Assembly (NCBI GenBank): GCA_965246885.1 | Contig: OZ251992.1 | Span: 2,880,001 to 2,944,000 of the forward strand | Direction: 5' to 3' | Source of the DNA: Abditibacterium sp. | GTDB lineage: Bacteria > Armatimonadota > Abditibacteriia > Abditibacteriales > Abditibacteriaceae | DNA: 64,000 nt | In this document: positions 47,810 to 57,728 of the stretch, piece by piece | Position numbering within the stretch: the first letter of the stretch is position 1 | Layout: every line of letters begins with the position of its first letter | Program-made: the position numbers and the translations under genes | Notes under the pieces: model-generated | Told to the model about the DNA's origin: nothing | The model's input: only the letters and a program-made list of their open reading frames with translations | Database searches by the model: none

Positions 47810-48694
47810 TTGGCTTTTGATTTCAGTGGCGATGTGCCCAAGGTGGCGCTCAAACAGGTTATGGCCGAGAACAAACTCCAACCCAAAGGCACGCTCGGCG
47901 GCGACGCGGGCAAAGCGCCCACTTCGGCGAGCGACGAAGCTCGTGCGCGCGACGGCGCCTCTCCCGATCCGCTCGACGCGGCGCCGCCCACGCTTCACCG
48001 CTTCCGCTTGCCCAAGTTCTTCTCTTCTGCGGCGGCGACGCCCGCCCCGGAAGAGGAAAGCGAGGGCGCTGAAGAAACGGTTGCCGCCCCGATACCATCG
48101 GCATACCTCAACGGGTCAGCCCCCGCCACCGGTCGGGCGTCGCGCGAGGTCGGCGACGGGTTCGCCGCGTCCGCCGATGACATGGCACTCCTCCATCATC
48201 AGATGGAAGAACTCGCCAATCAAGTCCGGCAAGTCAACGAGCGCGAGGGCGCGATGGAAAAAGTGTTCAACACCTTGCACTCGGAGTTGGCCGCGTATAA
48301 GAACGACTTCCTCTACGAACACCTCAAGCCGGTCGTGAGGCCGCTCTTGTTCTTGTTCGATTCGCTGGAGCAGTTCGACGGCGAGGTTTCGATGGCGCAA
48401 AGCTCGCTGGGTCAAACCGCGCAAGGTGGCGTGCTGTCTCCCGGAGTGGTGCGCGAGAACGTGCACTACTTCCGCGACCAACTCGTCGAAGCGCTACGTG
48501 TTTGCGAAGTGGTTTTGATGGACGCGCCAACGGGCACTTTCAACTCCAAATTCCACAAAGCCATTGATGTCGTGCCAGTCGGCGCCGAAGAAGACGGTAA
48601 AATCGTGCGCGTCGTGCGAAGCGGCTGGTTCCTCAACGGCCAACTGCTACGCCCCGCCGAAGTTGTCGTCGGCAGACACCGCCCCGGTCATTAA
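47810..48694 (+). CDS. grpE: GrpE-like nucleotide exchange factor with long disordered N-terminus
   Basis: Coiled coil; L..FDSLE, FNSKFHKAI, VRSGW...QLLRPAEVVV. Confidence 0.82.
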   Translation: MAFDFSGDVPKVALKQVMAENKLQPKGTLGGDAGKAPTSASDEARARDGASPDPLDAAPPTLHRFRLPKFFSSAAATPAPEEESEGAEETVAAPIPSAYLNGSAPATGRASREVGDGFAASADDMALLHHQMEELANQVRQVNEREGAMEKVFNTLHSELAAYKNDFLYEHLKPVVRPLLFLFDSLEQFDGEVSMAQSSLGQTAQGGVLSPGVVRENVHYFRDQLVEALRVCEVVLMDAPTGTFNSKFHKAIDVVPVGAEEDGKIVRVVRSGWFLNGQLLRPAEVVVGRHRPGH

Positions 48695-48772
48695 ACCCTT
48701 TACCACCGCAATGACTTTCCTCATTCCTTCGTTTCTTAGCGGAAACGGCCAACCATTTACAGGAGCAACATC

Positions 48773-50296
48773 TTGGCACGCGCTGTAGGCATTGACTTGG
48801 GCACCACATACTCCGCCGTCGCTTGCGTGGACGAATACGGCAAGCCGATGGTGATAAAGAACTCGGACGGGCAAACGACCACGCCTTCGGCGGTGTTCAT
48901 TGACCCGCCGAATTACGTCGTCGGCGAAGTGGCCCTCCAGTCCACCATGACCGAGCCGCTTCGCGTCGTCCAGTTCGTCAAGCGCTTCATGGGCGTGCCC
49001 GAACACCGCATCCAAGTGGGCGACCAGTCGTTTTCGCCGGAGTTCATCTCTTCGATCATCCTGCGTAAAATCGTTCAGGAAGCCGAGGAAGCCTTAGGCG
49101 AACCCATCACCCAAGCGGTCATTACCGTGCCCGCCTACTTCACGGAAACGCAGCGCCACGCCACCTACGAAGCGGGAGCGTTGGCGGGGTTGACAGTCCT
49201 GCGCATCATCTCCGAGCCAACGGCAGCAGCCCTCTCTTATGGCATCTCGCGGCGCGGACGGCCCCGCAACATCCTCGTTTATGACCTTGGCGGCGGCACC
49301 TTCGACGTGACCATTCTGGCCATAGACAACGACAGCCTAAACGTCCTCGCCATCGGCGGCGACCCGCACTTGGGCGGCAAAGACTTCGACGACCGGATCA
49401 TGAACTACATTGAGGACGAACTGCGCGAAAAGTTCGGCTACGAATTAGAACCCGACCCATCCCTCGAAGCCGAACTGCGCCTCAAAGCCGAAGCCGCCAA
49501 GCGCCAACTGACGGGGCGCCCATCCGTGCCCATCACCTTCAAAGCCAAGCGCAGTTTGGGCAACATGGACACCTACATCCCCGTCCGGGTGGAACTCTCG
49601 CGCGAAAAGTTCGAGGAAATCACCAACGACCTCGTCGCCCGCACCGAACTGCTGTTGGAGAACATGCTCCTCAAAGCCGACCTCGGCTGGGAGGACATCT
49701 CCGAAACGCTGTGCGTGGGCGGCTCGTCCCGCATGCCGATGGTGCGCGAGATGCTGACCCGCTTATCGGGGCGACGCCCGATGCTGCACGACCCCGATGA
49801 GTGCGTCGCCAAGGGCGCGGCGTTGCAAGCGGCGCTTCTCGTGAAGGACGAAACGGTCGAGGACTTCGGCATCGGCCACGTGCTCGCGCACTCCTTAGGG
49901 GTAGCGACCGTGAAGGCCGAAAAGACCATCATTGACCACATCATCCCCGCGCTCACGCCGCTTCCGTGCTCGCAAACGCGCGGCGGCTACACCACCACGT
50001 TTGACGGGCAAGAGAAAGTTCAAGTGCGCATCTACGAGGGCGAGTCGGGCGACCCGCAGTCGTATCCGACGGGGCCAATCGGCGTCTTTAACCTCGACAC
50101 CCGCCCGCCCCGGCCCGCCGGAAAGCCCAACATCACTGTCGAGTTTCGCTGCGACGAAAACGGGCGCATCATCGCCGTTGCCCGCGACTCCGACACGGGC
50201 CGCGAATCGCGCGTCATGATTTCGCTCACCGGCGACCGCGACGACACGCAGGTCGAGGAAGAAGCCTATATGCTGTCTCAGGCGATTATCTCTTAG
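48773..50296 (+). CDS. Hsp70-family protein (non-canonical, short)
   Basis: GIDLGTTYS, TVPAYF, EPTAAA, YDLGGGTFD, GGKDFD, VGGSSRMP; ends at 507 aa. Confidence 0.92.
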   Translation: MARAVGIDLGTTYSAVACVDEYGKPMVIKNSDGQTTTPSAVFIDPPNYVVGEVALQSTMTEPLRVVQFVKRFMGVPEHRIQVGDQSFSPEFISSIILRKIVQEAEEALGEPITQAVITVPAYFTETQRHATYEAGALAGLTVLRIISEPTAAALSYGISRRGRPRNILVYDLGGGTFDVTILAIDNDSLNVLAIGGDPHLGGKDFDDRIMNYIEDELREKFGYELEPDPSLEAELRLKAEAAKRQLTGRPSVPITFKAKRSLGNMDTYIPVRVELSREKFEEITNDLVARTELLLENMLLKADLGWEDISETLCVGGSSRMPMVREMLTRLSGRRPMLHDPDECVAKGAALQAALLVKDETVEDFGIGHVLAHSLGVATVKAEKTIIDHIIPALTPLPCSQTRGGYTTTFDGQEKVQVRIYEGESGDPQSYPTGPIGVFNLDTRPPRPAGKPNITVEFRCDENGRIIAVARDSDTGRESRVMISLTGDRDDTQVEEEAYMLSQAIIS

Positions 50297-50302
50297 AGTG
50301 TC

Positions 50303-50383
50303 GGGTTTGGGGTTTGGGGTTTGAGGTGATAAGCTGCTTGGCTCCTTCCCAACCCCCTAAACCCTGTATCCCAAATCCTAAAC
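50303..50383. repeat. Inverted arrays of 7-bp short tandem repeats
   Basis: (GGGTTTG)x3 then CCCAACC CCCTAAA CCCTGTA TCCCAAA TCCTAAA. Confidence 0.7.
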
Positions 50384-50393
50384 ATCCACTCCA

Positions 50394-51074
50394 ATGACTG
50401 AACCCAACGCTTTTAACCTTACTGACGCTGCCCTGCCCGATGGAACGGTTGACTTTTACACGCTCGTCAACAAGGCGCCCGACACCGACGCCGAAACGCT
50501 GCGCCTTCGTATTCAAGCGCTTTATTCCGAAGCGACGGCTAACCGCGACAACCGCAACCTGAAGAAGCGCCGCGAATACCAAACCCTGCTGGAACTCTTA
50601 CCGCCCGCGCGCGCCGCCCTGCTCGACCCCGCCAAGCGCGCGCGCTACGACGAGTTTCTGGCCCAAGCCCGCGTGGGCGCTTCGCCGACCGACTTCGAGA
50701 CTTTCATCAACGATCTCATGGGCTTCAACGATGAAATGGAAGAAAAGACCGGCCTGCTCGCCACCAAAGACAAAGCTGGCTCCCGCTCGGCGCCGTTGGA
50801 AGTTCCCAGAGCGTCCCAGTCCCCCGGCCCAAAAAGCCGACCGGGTGCCCCGCCCACAACCGAAGGCGGCAACGCCTACTCGACCGCGCCCCGCCGCTCG
50901 ACCAAGCCCGATATGTCGGGTGGCATCATCGGCTTGGTGGGCGGCTTCGTGTTGGGCGCTATTCTGGGTTGGCTCCTGTTTCACCACAACCCCATCCCCA
51001 CCGTTTTAATCGGCATCGTGTTAGGCGCCGTCGGCTTCGCCTTCCTCAACGGTAAAGCCACTATTCGCCGGTAA
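50394..51074 (+). CDS. Membrane-anchored J-domain-like protein lacking HPD
   Basis: DFYTLV...LLDPAKRARYD bounds a J-like fold; NRD occurs where HPD is expected; two C-terminal TM helices. Confidence 0.65.
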   Translation: MTEPNAFNLTDAALPDGTVDFYTLVNKAPDTDAETLRLRIQALYSEATANRDNRNLKKRREYQTLLELLPPARAALLDPAKRARYDEFLAQARVGASPTDFETFINDLMGFNDEMEEKTGLLATKDKAGSRSAPLEVPRASQSPGPKSRPGAPPTTEGGNAYSTAPRRSTKPDMSGGIIGLVGGFVLGAILGWLLFHHNPIPTVLIGIVLGAVGFAFLNGKATIRR

Positions 51075-51086
51075 CGGCGACACGCA

Positions 51087-51118
51087 AGAGCGCCCGCTTC
51101 AAATGGAGCGGGCGCTCT
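51087..51118. terminator. Terminator hairpin between convergent units
   Basis: AGAGCGCCCGCTTC-AAAT-GGAGCGGGCGCTCT. Confidence 0.7.
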
Positions 51119-51184
51119 ATGGTTTGTGGGCGTTCTACGAGCGGGGCCGAGGCGCACCGACTGTAGTCCGGCAGTGCCACTGCG

Positions 51185-51373
51185 TCAGGCTCCGTTGCCG
51201 GGGCCGTTGGGGTCGGTGGGGATGCCGCCCGTGCCGGTGCCGCCCGTGAGGGAGCCACCAGATTGCAAGGTGAGGCGCACTAAATCGCCGTGAACGGTAA
51301 GTTGCGGAGCACGGTAGGGTTCGCGGGGCGCAGCCTCTTCGGAGTGCGCGTGCTGGGTGTTCGAGATGTTCAT
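51185..51373 (-). CDS. Small peptide with a lasso-RiPP-type leader motif
   Basis: YRAPQLTVHGDLVRLT matches YxxPxLxxxGxxxxxT; Gly/Pro/Thr-rich core; alternative start at 51397. Confidence 0.7.
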   Translation of the reverse strand: MNISNTQHAHSEEAAPREPYRAPQLTVHGDLVRLTLQSGGSLTGGTGTGGIPTDPNGPGNGA

Positions 51374-51406
51374 AATGGTGTGGGTAAAAATGGGCACAGA
51401 TTTAGG

Positions 51407-53542
51407 TTAAGGCAGCACTTCGGCGTCCACCACGATGCGGAATTGGCCTTCGGCTTGGATGCCGAAAAGGAACTCGACGTTCACGCTCGCACCCGCCGCG
51501 AGGGTGCCGCCCGGAAGCGGCGCCGTCCAACCGGCGTTGAGGCCGCCGCCGTTGCCAGTGCTTGCGGCGGTGAGCGGCGCTTCCGTCGGCGTGGTGGGCG
51601 CGTCTATGGTCATGCCATAGGCGCCGCGCGTGAGGGCGCCGCCGTTGTTGGGATCGAAGAACTTGACCCCGCCCGACGAGATGGCGCGCAGGTCGGCCAC
51701 GCCCGAAGAGGTGCTGGTGCCTGCGGTAATGGCCACGATGCGAAAGCGCAACTTGGACACGCTCGCGCCAGTGTTGTTGGTGATGGTGCGGCGAATGGTC
51801 AGGCGCCCCTTGGAATCAACACTGCTGCCCTTGCTGACGTAGCGCGCGATGGGATACAGGCCGGGCGGGGTGTAGGCGGTGTTGCTGATGGCGTCGTTGC
51901 GCTGGATGGTGCTGCCGGTGTTGTGCGGGTTGGGGCTGCCCAGACGCGGGCCGGTCAAGGGGCCGACGCCGCTCGCGCCGACGGTACTGCCCGTCACGGT
52001 GGTGTCCACGAGGTTGAAGTCGGTTGAGGACGCGCCCACGCCCACGTTGGACGGGCTACCGGTTTCGAGGCGACGCACAAAAGCGTATTGGTCACTCTGG
52101 CTGGGAGGAATGGCGGTGTTGTACAGGTTGCTCACCACGTCCACGTTTGTGCCCTTGGCGTTGTAAAGGTGCAGCGCGGCGCCGGAGATAACATCGGTGG
52201 TATACGTGATGTCGCCCGCAACGCCGAGCGAGTAGCCGTTGGAATCGGTGACAAGCAAGTGCCCGTAGGCGGGGATGACGCCGGAAAGGGGGATGCTGGC
52301 CGACCCTATGGCACCCGTCGCGTAGCCGATGCTCCAGCCATCAATGACAAGGGGCGCGGCGGTGGTGTTGCAAAGCTCGATGAACTGGTCGCCCGCGCCC
52401 CCCGGCCCGCTCAAGCGGTATTGAGAAATCAGCGCGCCGGAGGTGGCGGAGACGGTGGTGTACAGTTCGGCGGAAGCGAGGGGGCTACCAGCAAGGTTTT
52501 GTCCGCCCACCACGAGAGTTTTGCCGTTTTGGAGCAGGGTGGCGGTGTGACTGGTGCGCGCAGCGGCCAAGGGGCCAGTGACGGTGAAAGTACCACTTGA
52601 GGGATTGTAGAGTTCGGCGCTGGCTTGGATACCACTGTTGCTTTGTCCGCCCGCAAGGAGGACTTGGTTGTTGGGCAGCAGCGTCGCGGTGTATTGGAAG
52701 CGGTTGGTAATGAGGTTGCCCGTCGCGGTAAAGGTGCCAGAGGCGGGGTCGTAGAGTTCGACACTATTAGCGGCGGCGCTTCCGCCACCCCCAGCGACGA
52801 GGACGCGGCCCCCCGGCAAGAGGGTGGCGGTAGGGAAAGAGCGCACGGTCGCCATGTTTCCCGCCGAAGAGAAAGCGTGCGTCGTGGGGTCGTAGAGTTC
52901 GGCGCTTGCGAGGGTGCCAGAGCCGTTTTGACCGCCACAGACGAGGACTTTACCGGTGGGCAGGAGAGTGGCGGTGTGGCCATAGCGCGCGGTGGCGAGG
53001 GAGCCAGTGGTAGAGAAAGTGCGGGTGGCGGGGTCGTAGAGTTCGGCGCTACTGGTAGCTACGCCCGTAGCATCAACGCCCCCAGTGAGCAGGACTTGGC
53101 CGTTTTGCAAGCGGGTGGCGGTGTGGAGGGCACGCGCGGCCACCATCAGCCCCGACGTATACGCGAAGCCCGAAGTGCTGGAAGAGTAGAGTTCGGCACT
53201 TTGCAAGATGGCATTACCCGCGCCCTGTCCGCCCGCGATGAGGGTGGTGCCATCGCCAAGGTCGGTGGCGGTGTGGTAGGCGCGCGCGATGTTCAAGGAG
53301 CCGGTGACGGCGAAGGTGCCCGCGCCGGGGTCATACAGTTCGGCACCTCCTAAAGGGGTGCTTGACGATAGCCCCCCGACAATGAGGACTTTGCCGGTGT
53401 TGAGGCGCGTGGCGGTGTGCCACGTGCGCGCTGTGTTCAAGGAGCCGGTCGGGGCAAAAGTCTGGGCGCGCGCAACGCCCAACAAGAGGAGCAAGCACAA
53501 TGGAACGAGCGCGGCGCGAGTCGCGCAGAAGAGTCTTTTCAT
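51407..53542 (-). CDS. Secreted kelch-repeat protein with C-terminal LTD-like module
   Basis: Signal peptide (ARA-Q); 7 kelch repeats TGSL..AR..HTAT.L..GKVL..GG...SAELYDP; then ISQYRLSGPGGAGDQFIELCN...VVDAEVLP. Confidence 0.9.
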   Translation of the reverse strand: MKRLFCATRAALVPLCLLLLLGVARAQTFAPTGSLNTARTWHTATRLNTGKVLIVGGLSSSTPLGGAELYDPGAGTFAVTGSLNIARAYHTATDLGDGTTLIAGGQGAGNAILQSAELYSSSTSGFAYTSGLMVAARALHTATRLQNGQVLLTGGVDATGVATSSAELYDPATRTFSTTGSLATARYGHTATLLPTGKVLVCGGQNGSGTLASAELYDPTTHAFSSAGNMATVRSFPTATLLPGGRVLVAGGGGSAAANSVELYDPASGTFTATGNLITNRFQYTATLLPNNQVLLAGGQSNSGIQASAELYNPSSGTFTVTGPLAAARTSHTATLLQNGKTLVVGGQNLAGSPLASAELYTTVSATSGALISQYRLSGPGGAGDQFIELCNTTAAPLVIDGWSIGYATGAIGSASIPLSGVIPAYGHLLVTDSNGYSLGVAGDITYTTDVISGAALHLYNAKGTNVDVVSNLYNTAIPPSQSDQYAFVRRLETGSPSNVGVGASSTDFNLVDTTVTGSTVGASGVGPLTGPRLGSPNPHNTGSTIQRNDAISNTAYTPPGLYPIARYVSKGSSVDSKGRLTIRRTITNNTGASVSKLRFRIVAITAGTSTSSGVADLRAISSGGVKFFDPNNGGALTRGAYGMTIDAPTTPTEAPLTAASTGNGGGLNAGWTAPLPGGTLAAGASVNVEFLFGIQAEGQFRIVVDAEVLP

Positions 53543-53753
53543 GACAAGAGAGATTCACTCAGGCGCACGGCAAGTGCGCTCGAAGGATACCTAAGGGAAT
53601 GGGGAGATGCAAGGGATCATTCCCTCATTTTGAACAAATGTTCTGAGTGCACGCGCGGCAATTCGTGAAGAGCCGCCAGCGGCTTGCTCGACTTGGCCCA
53701 TCCAAATTCCCTTTGTTATCCTTCAAAGGGACAATTCCACCAACCCAACCAAT

Positions 53754-56420
53754 ATGGCTACCCAACAAAAACCCGTCTGGCTGTTCCGCGACGGCAAGAA
53801 AGAACTGCGCGACTTGCTTGGCGGCAAAGGCGCCAACCTCGCCGAAATGACCAACATCGGTCTGCCCGTGCCTCCGGGCTTCACCGTCACCACCGAAGTT
53901 TGCACCGACTACTACGCGAACGGGAAACAGATTCCCGCCGGTCTGATGGACGACGTTAAAAAGGCCGTCGCCGATGTCGAGCAAGCGATTGGCAAAAAGT
54001 TCGGCGACGACAAGAACCCGCTCCTCTTTTCGGTGCGTTCGGGCGCCAAGTTCTCGCTCCCCGGCATGATGGACACCGTGCTTAACCTCGGCCTCAACGA
54101 TACCGCCGTCGAGGGTCTTATCGCCGCGACGGGCGGCAACTCGCGCTTCGCTTACGATTCCTACCGCCGCTTCTTGATGATGTTTTCCGACATCACGCTC
54201 AAGGCCGATTATCCCGGCTTGTCTAAAGAAGGCTTCGAGCGCATCTTGACCGACCACAAACAAAAACTCGGCAAGACCGACGACACGGAGCTTACGGGCG
54301 ACGACTGGAAGGCGCTGTGCGAGATTTACAAAGGCTTCTTCCGCGAGCAGACGGGCCGCGAGTTCCCCTCCGACCCTTACGAGCAGTTGGAAACCTCCAT
54401 CACCGCCGTCTTTCGTTCGTGGAACAACGAGCGCGCCATCATCTACCGCAACAAGGAGAAGATTTCGCACTCCATTGGCACCGCCGTCAACGTGCAGTCA
54501 ATGGTGTTCGGCAACATGGGCGAAGATTCGGGTTCTGGTGTCATGTTCACCCGCAACGCCGCGACGGGCGAGAACGTGATCTACGGTGAATACCTGCCCA
54601 ACGCGCAGGGCGAAGATGTCGTCGCGGGCGTTCGTACGCCGCTCGAAATCGCTGAACTTGAAGCCAACAACAAGCCCATTTACGACGAACTGATCGCCAA
54701 CGCCAAGCGCCTCGAAGACCACTACCGCGATATGCAGGACATCGAGTTCACCATCGAAAAGAACAAGCTGTTCATCCTGCAATGTCGCTCCGGCAAGCGC
54801 ACCGGCACCGCCGCCATCCGCATCGCCGTCGAAATGGTCGGCGAGAACTTCATCTCCAAAGAGAAAGCCGTCTCGATGGTGCCCGCTTCCGGTTTGGAAC
54901 AAGCCCTCCATCCGCGCCTCAAGAACACCAAGAGCGCGCGTCAAATCGCCAAGGGTCTCAATGCTGGCCCCGGCGGAGCCGTCGGTATGGCCGTCTTTTC
55001 GTCCGAACGGGCGGCGGAGTTGGGCAAAGGCGGCGAGGGGAAAGCCGTCATCCTCTGCTCGGCGGAAACCACGCCCGACGACCTAAAAGGTATGCTCGCG
55101 GCGCAAGGCGTATTAACAAGTCGCGGCGGACGCACCTCGCACGCGGCGCTGGTCGCGCGTCAGTTCGGCATCCCCACGATTTGCGGTTGCTCCGACATGA
55201 AAATGGAAGGCCACCACGCGAGCCAATTCACCTGTCCCGATGGCACCGTCATTAAGGAAGGCGACTGGATTACCATTGACGGAACCGAAGGCGTCGTTTA
55301 CGAAGGCGCCCTCGAAGTTGAACCTGCTGGACAGTCGGGCGACTTCGCCACTCTCATGGGCTGGGCCGACGAGTTCCGCACGATGGGCGTTCGCACCAAT
55401 GCCGACACACCCGAACAAGCCGCCGAAGCCGTCGCTTTGGGCGCCGAAGGCATCGGACTTTGCCGCACCGAGCATATGTTCTTGGAAGAAGACCGCTTAC
55501 CGATTGTGCGCCGCATGATTCTGGCGGCCAACGAAATGGAACGCCAGAAGGCGCTCGACGAACTGCTCCCGATTCAGCGCGAGGACTTCGTCGGCATCTT
55601 CCGCGCGATGGCCGGCAAACCCGTGACGGTGCGCCTCATCGACCCGCCGCTCCACGAGTTCTTGCCCTCGCAAATCGAGTTGGAAAAGGAAGTCGCGGTT
55701 TTGGAATCGAAGGGCCTCAAGGACGCCGAGAAGGAAACGCTGCTCAACAAAGTGCGCGAGTTGCACGAGCAGAACCCGATGCTTGGACTTCGCGGCGTGC
55801 GTTTGTCTATCGTGTTCCCCGGCATCGTGGCGATGCAAACGGCGGCCATCATCGGCGCGGCGGCGCAGGTCAAGAAAGAGGGGATGGACGTTCACCCCGA
55901 AATCATGATTCCGCTCATCGGCCACGTCAACGAACTTAAAGCCGTGCGCGGCGACTTAGAGCGCGTCGCCAAAGAAACGGCGCAAGCCGAGGGCCAGCAA
56001 GTGGACTACAAGTTCGGCACCATGATCGAAATCCCGCGCGCCTGTTTGACGGCGGGCGAAATCGCGCAGGAAGCTGAGTTCTTCTCGTTCGGCACCAACG
56101 ACCTGACGCAAATGACCTACGGCATGAGCCGCGACGACGCTGGCCCGTTCCTGATGCCCTATATCCAGAAGGAAATCTACAAAGAAGACCCGACGGTGAG
56201 CATTGACCAAACCGGCGTTGGCCGCCTCATGCAAATGTGCTGCGACGACGCCCGCAAAGTCAACGCAAGCATTAAGCTCGGCATCTGCGGCGAACAAGGC
56301 GGCGACCCCGACAGCGTCAAGTTCTGCAACAAGCTCGGCCTCACCTACGTCTCGTGCTCGCCTAAACGCGTCCCCGTCGCAAGACTGGCGGCGGCGCAAG
56401 CAGCAATAGACGCCAAATAA
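53754..56420 (+). CDS. ppdK: Pyruvate, phosphate dikinase
   Basis: LLGGKGANLAEM, SVRSGA, NAQGEDVVAG, GG.TSHAALVAR, IGLCRTEHMF, SFGTNDLTQ. Confidence 0.97.
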   Translation: MATQQKPVWLFRDGKKELRDLLGGKGANLAEMTNIGLPVPPGFTVTTEVCTDYYANGKQIPAGLMDDVKKAVADVEQAIGKKFGDDKNPLLFSVRSGAKFSLPGMMDTVLNLGLNDTAVEGLIAATGGNSRFAYDSYRRFLMMFSDITLKADYPGLSKEGFERILTDHKQKLGKTDDTELTGDDWKALCEIYKGFFREQTGREFPSDPYEQLETSITAVFRSWNNERAIIYRNKEKISHSIGTAVNVQSMVFGNMGEDSGSGVMFTRNAATGENVIYGEYLPNAQGEDVVAGVRTPLEIAELEANNKPIYDELIANAKRLEDHYRDMQDIEFTIEKNKLFILQCRSGKRTGTAAIRIAVEMVGENFISKEKAVSMVPASGLEQALHPRLKNTKSARQIAKGLNAGPGGAVGMAVFSSERAAELGKGGEGKAVILCSAETTPDDLKGMLAAQGVLTSRGGRTSHAALVARQFGIPTICGCSDMKMEGHHASQFTCPDGTVIKEGDWITIDGTEGVVYEGALEVEPAGQSGDFATLMGWADEFRTMGVRTNADTPEQAAEAVALGAEGIGLCRTEHMFLEEDRLPIVRRMILAANEMERQKALDELLPIQREDFVGIFRAMAGKPVTVRLIDPPLHEFLPSQIELEKEVAVLESKGLKDAEKETLLNKVRELHEQNPMLGLRGVRLSIVFPGIVAMQTAAIIGAAAQVKKEGMDVHPEIMIPLIGHVNELKAVRGDLERVAKETAQAEGQQVDYKFGTMIEIPRACLTAGEIAQEAEFFSFGTNDLTQMTYGMSRDDAGPFLMPYIQKEIYKEDPTVSIDQTGVGRLMQMCCDDARKVNASIKLGICGEQGGDPDSVKFCNKLGLTYVSCSPKRVPVARLAAAQAAIDAK

Positions 56421-56435
56421 AGGCGGGTTGGATAA

Positions 56436-56472
56436 AATAAACGGCGCGGCTCCATCAGCCGCGCCGTTTATT
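56436..56472 (+). terminator. Intrinsic terminator after ppdK
   Basis: AATAAACGGCGCGGCT-CCATC-AGCCGCGCCGTTTATT. Confidence 0.85.
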
Positions 56473-56483
56473 GTGTCGGCTAC

Positions 56484-57513
56484 ATGAATAGTCCCATCTC
56501 CCACCTGACAGAGGTATTGCAGGAAGCGAAAGACGCGGCGCGCTTTTGAACCCCAGTTGAAGAACAGCGAAGCGGCAACACGCGCCGCGCTCATTGACCC
56601 CATCTTGCGGGCTTTGGGTTGGGACATCGCTAATCCCGCTCGCGTTCTGGTGGAGAACACCAAGACGGTGGACAAGAAGGGGACGCGGGTTGATTATGCC
56701 CTGCTTCACGGTGATGAAACCAAGATCATTGTCGAAGCGAAAAAGCTCGGCGAAAACTTGAAGACCGATTTGACACAAGTCGTGCAATATATCGTCGGGC
56801 GTGGGGTCAGCAATCTGTTTGTAACTGATGGCTTGGTCTAGCACCACTACCACCACTTCTCAACAGCCGACCCAAACCCAACCCGCGCGCTCAATTTGTC
56901 TACGGATGCCCTTCCTCAAGTCGCAGCGTATCTGGTTCAACAAATGGACGCGGCTCTCGTTTCCCCAGAAGCGCCGAAGAACGGCGAACTCAAGCAACGG
57001 GTCGAAACGTTGGAAGAGTTGGTTGCTTCGATAGAAGAGCAACTGGTAGAATTGGCGAAGAAGGGCCGCGCTCCGGCCAAGCCCCCGACAAGTCCGAGGC
57101 CAAATGCCACCCCGCCCGTTAAGCTCAGCGATGTCCCAACGCTGCCCAGCGCAAAGCAGAACTGGTGTTCCGTCAACGGCGGACAGAAATTCTTCAGCAC
57201 TAAAGCCATCGAGGTAACTGTCGAAGCACTGCGCCAATTGGCCGAGGTTTCCGACGCTGTTTTGCCGCAAATCGAGGCAGCGATGATGGACTCCTTCGCT
57301 ACCAAAAAGAAGAAAGTCATCAAGCGGCGCTGGATCGCCCAAAGCCGGGAGGAGCTTTACGAGAATCCAAAGCTCCTTGCCTCCTCCATCGAGATTGTCG
57401 CAGGCTGGTGGCTGGGGACGAACTATAGCAACGGAGACAAACGCGATATGCTGGCTACCGCTGCAAGCGTCGCCCAACAGTTCGACATCCAACTGGACTT
57501 CAATCTCATATAG
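56484..57513 (+). pseudogene. Disrupted HsdR_N-like (PD-(D/E)xK) restriction-nuclease-domain gene
   Basis: EAATRAALIDPILRALGWD, RVDYAL, VEAK, VTDGLV*HHY. Frameshift in the T run at 56544-56547 and in-frame TAG at 56839-56841. Confidence 0.8.
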
Positions 57514-57629
57514 CTATCAACCAGTTCCCCTCAGACTGCCCGTGCCCGCTTTCTGATGGCTCGCCATATCGTTGCATCGTGAGGGAATGGAGTGGACGTC
57601 CAAATTCTAAGGATAATCTCAATAAAACC

Positions 57630-57678
57630 TGTTTGAACGGCCTTTTCGGGGGGTATACTTATTTGTGACAGTCACAAA
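57630..57678 (+). promoter_or_regulatory. Candidate promoter with palindromic operator for the DUF1559 operon
   Basis: TGTTTGAACGGC-N8-GGGGTATACT followed by the palindrome TTTGTGAC-A-GTCACAAA. Confidence 0.7.
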
Positions 57679-57728
57679 CATTGGAGAATTCCTCGCTTCT
57701 TGGCATGAAGCGAAGCGATGGAGACACC

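Noticed and set aside
48773..50296. Calling this gene canonical dnaK
   Set aside because: It is too short, the linker and substrate-binding domain are divergent, the lid is missing, and no canonical dnaJ or hrcA is adjacent.
53594..53625. Short inverted repeat AGGGAATG...CATTCCCT between the kelch gene and ppdK
   Set aside because: 8-bp arms with no second copy; insufficient support for a call.
56839..56841. Pyrrolysine or recoded TAG
   Set aside because: The position fits a mutated Trp codon, the gene also has a frameshift, and TAG is used as a normal stop elsewhere in the window.
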